DNA of 26,995 nt from a virus (taxonomy: Duplodnaviria > Caudoviricetes): the IMG/VR virus record IMGVR_UViG_3300049436_000043, positions 1 through 26,995 of that record. One strand, written 5' to 3'. The notes below the pieces were generated by a model that saw nothing but the letters and a program-made list of their open reading frames with translations, did no database searches and had not been told where the DNA came from. Below are positions 18,968 to 26,868 of the stretch, one piece after another. Within the stretch, counting starts at the first letter, position 1, and each line of letters starts with the position of its first letter. Made by a program: the position numbers and the translations under genes.

Positions 18968-19249
18968 ATGGCATCGACGACGTACAAGGGCATCATCATC
19001 GACAGCGCGCACGCCTTCGTCGATGCCGTTCCGCTCGCCACCAGCCAGAACAGCGACGCGCTGACCGGCAAGGACCTGACCGTACAGTGGCGCGGCGCGG
19101 ACAGCTGCCTCATCGCCGTGCGCGCCGACATCCCGGCGGCCGAGAAGGATGCGATGTTGCTGCACCCCGGCAACAGCATCTACGCGCTCGCCGTGAGCAA
19201 GATCTGGGTAAAGGGCGACGGCGTTCTGGTCCCGCACGAGGACGCCTGA
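18968..19249 (+). CDS. Small beta-rich protein, possible fibre base/anchor
   Basis: 93 aa, GGAG RBS, ends 3 nt before the 1680-aa gene; function inferred only. Confidence 0.55.
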   Translation: MASTTYKGIIIDSAHAFVDAVPLATSQNSDALTGKDLTVQWRGADSCLIAVRADIPAAEKDAMLLHPGNSIYALAVSKIWVKGDGVLVPHEDA

Positions 19250-19252
19250 GCC

Positions 19253-22200
19253 ATGGCCCTGCGCAGCACGCTCAACCTGCGGTCGATGCTGGGGACCGGC
19301 TCCCCGATCGGCCCGAACAGACGGTCGCCGCTGAATGTCTTCGGGCGGGACTGGGGGGCCGGCATAACCAAAACCATGACCTTCACGCATCAGGGCAGCA
19401 CCTCGGCCCAGTTGCGGTGCGACACGGCGGGCGCATCGGCATGGACGATAGACTGGGGTGACGGGACCGTCGACACCGTGGCGAGCGGGGCGGCGCGATC
19501 GCACAGCTACGCTTCGGCGGTGACGACCTACACGGTGCGGATCGACGCCACCGCCGATTTTACCCGGTTCGAGAGCGACACCAACGGCTTCTCCTTCCCG
19601 GTTTCTGCCCTGCCGAGGTCTCTGACCTATGCGCGGTGCTTCGGGACCGGCAATGTGAGCGGCGACATCGCCGATCTGCCTGCCGGGCTGACTTCTGTGT
19701 ATTTCTCCGGCAACCTGATGACGCTGAGCGGCGACATCGCCGACCTGCCGTCCGGACTGACTTTCGTGCATTTCGACGGCAACCTGATGACGCTGAGCGG
19801 CGACATCGCCGACCTGCCGTCCGGACTGACTTACGCGTATTTCCTCGGCAACCTGATGACGCTGAGCGGCGACATCGCCGACCTGCCGTCCGGACTGACT
19901 TACGCGTATTTCCTCGGCAACCTGATGACGCTGAGCGGCGACATCGCCGACCTGCCGTCCGGACTGGTTTACGCCCGCCTCGGTGGCAATCTGATGGCCA
20001 TCTCCGTCCCGACCACGGCGCCGTGGCGGACAACGTCCATGCGCCGTGTCAATATCGGCGCTCATCTGACATCAACGGAGGTGGACAATCTCCTGCTTGC
20101 GCTGGCCCAGGTCACATCGTGGACCAGTGAAAAGCAGGTAACCCTCAACGAAAACGGCAATGCCCCGCGCACCGCTGCATCGAATGCGGCCGTGGCGACG
20201 ATCCAGTCCTATGGCGTCACGGTGACGACCACGTCGGGCACGGCCCCTGTCGTCAGCCTTGCGCTTGTCAGCGGGATCGAGGATGGCGCCACGCAGGAAG
20301 AGGCGACGGACCCTGCCGGCGTCGTCACGGCGTCGAGCACCAGCGGCAACGCGATTGCCCTGACCTTCACCGGCCCGGACGGCAGCGTGGACAAGAGCCT
20401 GACCGCCACGGGATCGCCGCAGGCCGTGACGCTGAGCGCGGAAGACCTGCTCGCGCTCGGCGCCGGCACCATTGATATTGCCGCGACCGCCACCATCCCC
20501 GGAAGCTGGACCGGCCCGATCGCGACGGCATCGTTTGAGCTGGAGCCGCCGCCTGCGCAGTGGTCCATCACTGCCCTGCCGTCCGTTGCCGAGGTGACGG
20601 ACGATGTCACCGCCGTGACCTTCACGGTGGCGTTGAGCGGCAGTTCGGCGTCGCCTGCCTCGCCGGCAACCATCGACATCGCAGCGGTGTCAGCGCCCTA
20701 CAGCAACACTGTTGTCGCCGGGGACATCGAGGGCGACGCCTTCCCGTCCGCGACGCTGAGCTTCATCGAGGATGGCGAGCAGGGCTGGACCGTCTATGTG
20801 ACCAGCGTCGACGAGGACAAGGTGCTGCGCGCGGCGATCTCCGACCCGAGCGAGGGCGAGATCGCCGGAGCCGCCCATGCCGACACCGTCATCACCGACA
20901 CCGTCATCACGCATAACAATCCGACAATCGCCGGGGACTTCGTGGTCGGCAGCACCGTGACGGGCAGCTACGACTCCGGCCCCGACGAGGTGAAGTGGCA
21001 GAGCGCGCCATGGAACGGCGGATCGCCCGACACATGGACGGACATCGGTGGCGCCACCGCCGGCAGCTATCTGATCACCGGCGACATGACCATCAAGAGC
21101 CTGCGCATCGCCGTGCGATATGGCGCGGACTGGCTCTATTCGGCTTTCTCGCTGCCGGTGGAGGGTTACTGGCCGCTGACTGGTGCGACCCCCGGGACGC
21201 AGATCGAGGCGCTGACCGGCATCCATGCGGGGCTTGTCACGTCCGGCACTGACGAGGCCAAACTTGTCGTGAAGGCGCAGAGCGGAAGCTCGCCGGGGCC
21301 GTGGTTCGGACTGTCCTCGGCGGCGAGTGCCAGCCATGCAACGGCGTTTGACAGCGGCAACAGCGATCAGAATTTCTTTTTCCGCCTCGGCCCCAATGCC
21401 CCCAGCTCCGGCGCGAACTATGTCACGGTCAGCGTGCGCGCCACCGTCCCCGGCGCCGCAGAATATTATTTCTACAGCGTCCAGATCGGGACGACCGTCT
21501 CCAAGGTCACGAAGTCACTCAACGCTGCCAGTGTCGATGTCTACACCTTCCCGGCGGGCGTACTCGGCACCGGCAAGGCGAACTGCGGCGTCCTGATCTC
21601 GATCATCGGCGACCGGCTTTTTGTCGAGATCGAGACGACCGCCTTTTCCGACACCTATACGTCGCTGACCCCCGGCGGCGGGCTCGACATCTCATCCTCC
21701 GTCGATCAGGTCGGCTATAACACCTATATTCGCTGGGCCTTCCCCTACAGTGTGCCGGGCGCCGGCATCTATGGCCCGCGCATGACGCGCGTCGCCAGCC
21801 TGTTTGCCGTCAACGAGGCGAGTTTCGCGCCGCCGAGCGGGGGCAATGTCGTGCTCACCCTGCATGGCGAACACGGCGCCGGGCTGGTCCCGTCGAGCGT
21901 CCTGATCGGCATCGCCGCGCAGGACGAGACGGTATTCCTGACCCCCACGGCCGGCAGCAACATCACGTCCACCGATGGCGTCTGGACGGCGGACCTGACG
22001 CTGACGCAGGCGCAATATAACAGCCTGCTCGGCACGGCGCCGACCTTCACGGCGGAGATGACGTTCACCTCCGGCTATGAGGCCAGCGCGGCGTATCGCC
22101 CGGCCTACTTCATCGAAGAGCCCTATTCAGGCACGCTGCCGTTCCGGCTCGGCATGAACGTCAACTATGCGGGGTCTGCCTATTCGGCGCTGGTTGCGAA

Positions 22201-24295
22201 AGACGTGGCGCTCAAGGGCACGTGGACCAGGACGAACTATCAGTCGCCTTATGATGGCACGTTCGCGCTGACCTCCGGGCGCTTTCCGAGCGCCTACCCC
22301 TCCGGCGACACAGGGGTTGTCTGCAAGCTGTGGGAAGGCGGCGGCTCGACGGCATCGCTGGGTGAGCACGAAGTCCGAGTCGAGGATTGCGAGCCCGGAC
22401 TTGTCGTTTCCGTCGAGCAGATTTCCAACTTCACGGTGACGCAGGCATGGTCGGTGGTCGATGGCGTCGGCACGATGCGCTTCACCTTCTCGCCGACGAC
22501 CGTTGCCCAGCGCGGGCTGTTCCTGAAAATCTCCGGCACGCTCAACAGCACGAACAGTTGGACGATCCTGCCGGTGGGCGATGCCAGTCCCGAGATCGCC
22601 TATCAGCCGCTCATGATGAGCGACTATCAGGCGATCGGCACGAAGACGGTGCGCTGGATGACCCCATGGGACATCAACGGCGGCTCATCGAGCACCGAGA
22701 CGGCGGCGGGGCAGGATCGTGGCTGGTGGAGCGGGCCGCAGACTCGCCGGGGCGTCGGCCTGTTCCTGGACTTCTGCGCCGATGGCGGCTTCAATCCGTG
22801 GATCAACGTCCATGACTTCACCACCGAGACCGGACTGCGCGCGCTGGTGGCGCAGGACGTGGCGGCAGGGATGCCGGGCGATGAAATCAACTGGGAATGG
22901 TCGAACGAGGTCAGCTTCAACACCCGCCCCGACTTTGTGCAGACCTACCGCCTGATGATCCATGGCTATGAGCAGGGGCTTTATCTCAGCACGCCGGTGG
23001 CACAGCCCCCGGTCGTCATATTCGACAAATATGCTTCGTCGGGGTCCAGTGACGGCCTCACCGGATGGGTCGCGCACTCAACGACGATCGAGGGCGTCTG
23101 GTATAACCGCCTGCTCCATGCGCTGGAGCCCGGAGACCGCGTGTTCGGCAACATCTACAGCTATGGCCTCTGCGTCCTTGAGGCGCTGACCAGCCTGCCC
23201 GCCAGCACCTATTTCGCCGATGATTTCACGAACAGTTCCGGCACTCCGGTGCTCATCCGCGTGGTGACGAAGGACCAGATCGATACGGCATGGAAGCGCG
23301 CATTCGCACTCAAGACGAAGTGGATGATCGACATCGTCGCCGACGAGTATGAACAGCAGGGCGTGCCGGACTGGCGCAGGCGGGTGCGGTTCCTGATGCC
23401 TTATGGGGGCCGTGCCGATGGATCACTGGACGCCGCCGCGCTCGATTATGCGGACATGTGGGATTATCCGATCAAGTTCTCGATGGCGCCCTATATCTCC
23501 GATTATGACGTGGCGAGCGACACCCGCCCGCTGGCCGAGCAGCTTGACGGCGCATTTTCCGCCTACTTCCACGACAGCAACGGCGCCGCCCCGACCGGTG
23601 CCGGCACGATGGTGACGAACCTGTCCCGCGCCAAGAGCCTGCGCACCGACATGCGGGCGAAGGCCGAGGCAGGCGGCCATGCCTTGCTGGAGCAGTCCAC
23701 GAACATCTACGAGTGGCTGCATCACGAGACGGGGACCGACAGCAATGATGCCGACACCGCTTATGCCGCCGCGATCCGCCGCGACTTCCGCATGGGCCAG
23801 ATCATCCAGATGGGCCTGCAATATTACGGGAACAACAACCCAGGCGGGGAGCTGGTCCTGTTCGCCGACTATTGGAAAGAGGCGGCAAACTGGGCGGTCT
23901 GGTGGGGCATGGGCGAGCGCACCGCCGGCAGCGCATCGGGCAACATCAACCCGATCGGCGTCGCCGTCGAGGAGTGGAAAGAGGCGTGGGAGGATGAAAT
24001 CCCGGTCTTCCACCTCTACACCAAGAAATCGCCGATCGAGGGAACGCTGCGGGCCTATATCTACCGCGTCGGCCCGCTGGACAGCGCGCACAGCGTCGAC
24101 TGGGCCTTCTCGCTCGGCAGCCAGACCGGCAGCGTGTCATTCGCCGCCGGGGAATGGTTCAAGCCCGTCTCGATCACGACCGGCGATGTCGCATCCGACA
24201 CCGCCGCCACCTTCGGCCTGACCGCCGTCACCGGGACGGCGACGATCGGGACATGGTCGGACGAGATCGACATCACCGTGCGGGCGAGTGCGTGA
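19253..24295 (+). CDS. Giant modular virion fibre/adhesin (PKD, LRR, Calx-beta/Ig, glycoside-hydrolase-like, Calx-beta)
   Basis: WTIDWGDGT (PKD); five 23-aa LRR units; VTFTVALSG...ATLSF (Calx-beta); WTDIGGATAGSY (Ig-like); RWM, PWINV, WEWSNEV and IYE (GH-A-like barrel); GSVSFAAGEWFKPVSI (Calx-beta). No signal peptide. Confidence 0.72.
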   Translation: MALRSTLNLRSMLGTGSPIGPNRRSPLNVFGRDWGAGITKTMTFTHQGSTSAQLRCDTAGASAWTIDWGDGTVDTVASGAARSHSYASAVTTYTVRIDATADFTRFESDTNGFSFPVSALPRSLTYARCFGTGNVSGDIADLPAGLTSVYFSGNLMTLSGDIADLPSGLTFVHFDGNLMTLSGDIADLPSGLTYAYFLGNLMTLSGDIADLPSGLTYAYFLGNLMTLSGDIADLPSGLVYARLGGNLMAISVPTTAPWRTTSMRRVNIGAHLTSTEVDNLLLALAQVTSWTSEKQVTLNENGNAPRTAASNAAVATIQSYGVTVTTTSGTAPVVSLALVSGIEDGATQEEATDPAGVVTASSTSGNAIALTFTGPDGSVDKSLTATGSPQAVTLSAEDLLALGAGTIDIAATATIPGSWTGPIATASFELEPPPAQWSITALPSVAEVTDDVTAVTFTVALSGSSASPASPATIDIAAVSAPYSNTVVAGDIEGDAFPSATLSFIEDGEQGWTVYVTSVDEDKVLRAAISDPSEGEIAGAAHADTVITDTVITHNNPTIAGDFVVGSTVTGSYDSGPDEVKWQSAPWNGGSPDTWTDIGGATAGSYLITGDMTIKSLRIAVRYGADWLYSAFSLPVEGYWPLTGATPGTQIEALTGIHAGLVTSGTDEAKLVVKAQSGSSPGPWFGLSSAASASHATAFDSGNSDQNFFFRLGPNAPSSGANYVTVSVRATVPGAAEYYFYSVQIGTTVSKVTKSLNAASVDVYTFPAGVLGTGKANCGVLISIIGDRLFVEIETTAFSDTYTSLTPGGGLDISSSVDQVGYNTYIRWAFPYSVPGAGIYGPRMTRVASLFAVNEASFAPPSGGNVVLTLHGEHGAGLVPSSVLIGIAAQDETVFLTPTAGSNITSTDGVWTADLTLTQAQYNSLLGTAPTFTAEMTFTSGYEASAAYRPAYFIEEPYSGTLPFRLGMNVNYAGSAYSALVAKDVALKGTWTRTNYQSPYDGTFALTSGRFPSAYPSGDTGVVCKLWEGGGSTASLGEHEVRVEDCEPGLVVSVEQISNFTVTQAWSVVDGVGTMRFTFSPTTVAQRGLFLKISGTLNSTNSWTILPVGDASPEIAYQPLMMSDYQAIGTKTVRWMTPWDINGGSSSTETAAGQDRGWWSGPQTRRGVGLFLDFCADGGFNPWINVHDFTTETGLRALVAQDVAAGMPGDEINWEWSNEVSFNTRPDFVQTYRLMIHGYEQGLYLSTPVAQPPVVIFDKYASSGSSDGLTGWVAHSTTIEGVWYNRLLHALEPGDRVFGNIYSYGLCVLEALTSLPASTYFADDFTNSSGTPVLIRVVTKDQIDTAWKRAFALKTKWMIDIVADEYEQQGVPDWRRRVRFLMPYGGRADGSLDAAALDYADMWDYPIKFSMAPYISDYDVASDTRPLAEQLDGAFSAYFHDSNGAAPTGAGTMVTNLSRAKSLRTDMRAKAEAGGHALLEQSTNIYEWLHHETGTDSNDADTAYAAAIRRDFRMGQIIQMGLQYYGNNNPGGELVLFADYWKEAANWAVWWGMGERTAGSASGNINPIGVAVEEWKEAWEDEIPVFHLYTKKSPIEGTLRAYIYRVGPLDSAHSVDWAFSLGSQTGSVSFAAGEWFKPVSITTGDVASDTAATFGLTAVTGTATIGTWSDEIDITVRASA
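19658..20002 (+). repeat. Tandem 69-bp coding repeat, 5 units (23-aa LRR)
   Basis: Units start at 19658, 19727, 19796, 19865 and 19934; units 3 and 4 are identical; consensus SGDIADLPSGLTxxxFxGNLMTL. Confidence 0.97.
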
Positions 24296-24821
24296 GGTGC
24301 CGGCGGCGCAGCGTCCCGCCGGCAAGAGCGAAGCCGGCGATCATCATCGCCCATGTCGCCGGCTCCGGCGCGTAAAGCCATGTGATCCGCCCGCCGGCCG
24401 ACGAGCAGGGGAAGTAGCTGTCCCTGTAGCAATCGGTGGTGTTGAATCCGCCCGAGACGAAGCGGACCAGGCCGATGTTGGACAGGTCGGCGCGCAGCGG
24501 CTGATCGAATCTGGCGAAAAAGTCGATGGAATCAGAGTACTCCAGTACGGGCTGAATGATGAGATCGCCGTCCTGAACCTCGGGGTAAACCTCTCCCCAG
24601 TAGGGGAATATCAGGTCTTCCCCGCCGGGCGGGAGGACCCAGAGCGCATCGCCTTCGCCAGGAACGATCGTGAAAATGCGCTCACCGTAATGCCGGCGAA
24701 CCACAGTATCCATGTCGGTCCAGGTCGAAAGCGTCAGGTCGACGCCGAAAACGAGCCTGATCGCCCCCGCCGGCATCGCCACACAGGCGGCCAGCACGGC
24801 CGCGAAAAACAGTCTGAGCAT
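24273..24821 (-). CDS. PEPxxWA-CTERM (exosortase target) secreted protein, moron
   Basis: Signal peptide MLRLFFAAVLAACVAMPAGA; C-terminal APEPATWAMMIAGFALAGGTLRRR; GGGAG RBS 7 nt upstream; overlaps the 3' end of the giant gene by 23 bp. Confidence 0.9.
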   Translation of the reverse strand: MLRLFFAAVLAACVAMPAGAIRLVFGVDLTLSTWTDMDTVVRRHYGERIFTIVPGEGDALWVLPPGGEDLIFPYWGEVYPEVQDGDLIIQPVLEYSDSIDFFARFDQPLRADLSNIGLVRFVSGGFNTTDCYRDSYFPCSSAGGRITWLYAPEPATWAMMIAGFALAGGTLRRRHLTHSPAR

Positions 24822-24904
24822 TGGTCATCTCCCACAGTGACCGGGGGACTGTGCCGCATCACAGGGCGATTCGGCAAATCTGGCAGAAACGGGAGGGTTG
24901 CGGC

Positions 24905-25168
24905 GTGAGCGACGAGATGGGCGTGAAGATCGACCGGGTGCTGGGGCTGCTCGCCGTGGTGAGCGCGCGGCAGAGCGAGACATCCGAGGAGGTGCGCGGC
25001 CTCTCCGACCGGATGGTGCGCGTCGAGGAGGGCGTCACCGCAACCAAGGACGTGGTCGAGGCATGGGGCGCGGCGAAGACATCGCTGCGATTCCTCAAAT
25101 GGTTCGCCGGCCTTGTCGCCGCCGTGGCCGCCGCGCTCGCCGTGCTCAAGGGCTGGGTGCATCGATAA
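24905..25168 (+). CDS. Coiled-coil protein with single C-terminal TM (holin/antiholin, XhlA-like)
   Basis: GGGAGG RBS before GTG 24905; LSDRMVRVEE coil then WFAGLVAAVAAALAVL; first gene of the lysis cassette. Confidence 0.6.
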   Translation: MSDEMGVKIDRVLGLLAVVSARQSETSEEVRGLSDRMVRVEEGVTATKDVVEAWGAAKTSLRFLKWFAGLVAAVAAALAVLKGWVHR

Positions 25169-25193
25169 TCAGCAATCGAAAGGATCATCGCCA

Positions 25194-25577
25194 ATGTGGA
25201 CCTACAGACAATCGACCGGCGATCTCTACCGGCGCGCCGACTATCACGGGAAGGGCTATTCCGGCCGCGACTGGGGCAAGAACAATCCGGCGGCGGAAGC
25301 CGTGCCGGGCATCGGCCCTATCCCGGTCGGCAAATGGAGGATGGTCGACATCTACGACAGCGCCCGCGTCGGCCCGCGCGCGATCGTGCTGCATGCCATG
25401 GACGGGCATGACGACGATTTCGAGGACTTCACCGGCCAGCGGCGCGGCGCCTTCCGCATCCATGGCGACAGCGTCCGCCTGCCCGGCACGGCCAGCCATG
25501 GCTGCATCATCCTGCCGCGCGCCATCCGCCTCGAAATGTGGCAGAGCGGCGATCACATTCTCGAAGTCGTGCCGTGA
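25194..25577 (+). CDS. Tlde1/DUF2778 L,D-transpeptidase-fold protein, putative endolysin
   Basis: MWTYRQSTG, GYSG, GPIPVGKW and FRIHGDS...ASHGCII (His/Cys catalytic motif); occupies the lysin slot. Confidence 0.8.
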   Translation: MWTYRQSTGDLYRRADYHGKGYSGRDWGKNNPAAEAVPGIGPIPVGKWRMVDIYDSARVGPRAIVLHAMDGHDDDFEDFTGQRRGAFRIHGDSVRLPGTASHGCIILPRAIRLEMWQSGDHILEVVP

Positions 25578-25855
25578 ATGCCGATCCGACCGAGGTCCGG
25601 CATTCCGACCGGCGGCGCGACCAGGGGCTGCTGTTCCTCGCCGGCGGCGGCATGGCCATGACGGCCTTTGCCTCGGCCGCGCTCTGGCTGGTGCGCGAAG
25701 AGGCCGATCTGGCCTTCTGGCTCGGCATCTGCGCCATGGCGCTCATCGGCGTCGTGCTCACCGGCTTCGCCGGGCTGATCGTCAAGCGCACGCTGCGGAT
25801 CAGCCGCGACGGCGTCGAGGTCGCCGATATGCCGGCGCCGCCGGGGGAGCCGTGA
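25574..25855 (+). CDS. Two-TM membrane protein, putative holin
   Basis: GTG overlaps upstream TGA; two hydrophobic helices and a charged C-terminus; between lysin and spanins. Confidence 0.6.
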   Translation: MNADPTEVRHSDRRRDQGLLFLAGGGMAMTAFASAALWLVREEADLAFWLGICAMALIGVVLTGFAGLIVKRTLRISRDGVEVADMPAPPGEP

Positions 25856-26286
25856 TGGCAGTCCTCGCCGCGCTCGGGCCGCTGGCGCTGCGCGCCGCGC
25901 CGTGGCTGCTGGCCGCCGGCGGCATCTGGTATTACGGGCACAGCCGCCATGCGACGGGCCGCGATGTCGAGCGCGCGAAGTGGGAGGCCGCTGCGAGCGC
26001 GGCCGACAAGGAAATTCTGCGTCTCAACATCGCGCTCGTGACCGCGAAGTTCACCGCTCTTGAAACCTATTCGGAGAAAATGGATGCCCGCGAGCCGATC
26101 ATCCTGCATGACCGCGAGACGGTTCGCCTGTTCTCGCAGACTCCTGCCGGCGCTGTGCGCTGCCTCGATGCTGGGCGCGTGCGCGACATCGAGGCCGGCG
26201 ACGCCGCGCGCGGCCTTGTCCCTGCCGTCCCCGCCGAAGCCGGCGAGGACGCCCTGCACGCTGACGGCGCTCGTCAAGAGCCCTGA
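25855..26286 (+). CDS. Rz: Inner-membrane spanin (Rz-like)
   Basis: N-terminal TM, then GRDVERAKWE coiled coil and C-terminal Cys (VRCLD); overlapped by a lipoprotein ORF in the +1 frame. Confidence 0.75.
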   Translation: MAVLAALGPLALRAAPWLLAAGGIWYYGHSRHATGRDVERAKWEAAASAADKEILRLNIALVTAKFTALETYSEKMDAREPIILHDRETVRLFSQTPAGAVRCLDAGRVRDIEAGDAARGLVPAVPAEAGEDALHADGARQEP

Positions 26287-26410
26287 CGGATCGCTGACGG
26301 CGGCGCAGGTCGAGGCGGCGCTGCGCGCTCGCGCGGACGATGTCTATCGCTGCGAAACGCGGCGCGCCCTCGCGATCGACGCCTGGCCGCGCATGCCGGA
26401 TCAGCGCTGA
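26084..26410 (+). CDS. Rz1: Outer-membrane spanin lipoprotein (Rz1-like), overlapped architecture
   Basis: GGAG 7 nt before ATG 26084 (alternative start 26108); lipobox LGAC (Cys codon 26180-26182), Pro-rich segment and two further Cys. Confidence 0.75.
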   Translation: MPASRSSCMTARRFACSRRLLPALCAASMLGACATSRPATPRAALSLPSPPKPARTPCTLTALVKSPDGSLTAAQVEAALRARADDVYRCETRRALAIDAWPRMPDQR

Positions 26411-26784
26411 GCGGGCTGTGTCAGCGCCGGGCAGGTCCGCGCGACGCGCCCGCCGTCATCCCAGCGGGCAACATGGATCGCCTGCCCGTGCCGCAACTGC
26501 CAGCAGGAGAGATCGACCCCGCCGGCCCGCACCATCGCCAGCGTCCGGCCATAGATATCCCGCCCGACCCGTTCGATCCGGATCGGACCAGATCGCAGGC
26601 CCGCCGCCAGGCTGTGACGTGAAGCCTCCGGATCGCCCGGTGCACAGACCCGCCCCGGCCGGCAGTGCCCGGCCTTTTCCGGCGCATCGATCCCGAGCAA
26701 TCGCACCGCCTCCCGCCCGCAGCGCAGCGTATCACCGTCGATCGCGGCGCAGGAGAGGACGGCGGCGAGCATGAACATGGGCAT
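26401..26784 (-). CDS. Thermonuclease (staphylococcal nuclease-like) protein, moron
   Basis: IDGDTL, VRLLGIDAPE and DIYGRTLA motifs; AGGAGG RBS (26789-26794 on - strand); start could be 26784 or 26778. Confidence 0.9.
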   Translation of the reverse strand: MPMFMLAAVLSCAAIDGDTLRCGREAVRLLGIDAPEKAGHCRPGRVCAPGDPEASRHSLAAGLRSGPIRIERVGRDIYGRTLAMVRAGGVDLSCWQLRHGQAIHVARWDDGGRVARTCPALTQPAQR

Positions 26785-26868
26785 AATTCCTCCTAACAGC
26801 ATGTCCCCGCAGCGGGGAAAGGATCATCGATCCGAACCGGACAGAGTCACGGCAACACGCGATGCGGG

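Larger units (their letters stand above)
1..26868 (+). mobile_element. Siphovirus-type prophage: packaging, head, tail and lysis modules plus probable right end (left part outside window)
   Basis: Canonical HNH-terS-terL-portal-protease-capsid-neck-tail-lysis order, many ATGA/TGATG stop-start overlaps, and an abrupt switch into a host-type glycosyltransferase frame at ~26869. Confidence 0.93.

Noticed and set aside
19658-20002. CRISPR array or complete DGR
   Set aside because: Repeats are in-frame coding 69-mers without unique spacers or cas genes; no reverse transcriptase or template repeat is visible in the window.
24898-26286. 462-aa + strand ORF spanning the lysis cassette
   Set aside because: Only the part from ATG 25855 (Rz) looks real; the upstream portion is an off-frame shadow of three other genes.
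1-26410. Gene transfer agent cluster
   Set aside because: HNH plus cos-like region, 650-aa tape measure, linked lysis cassette, morons and an att-like junction fit a true prophage better than an RcGTA-like cluster.
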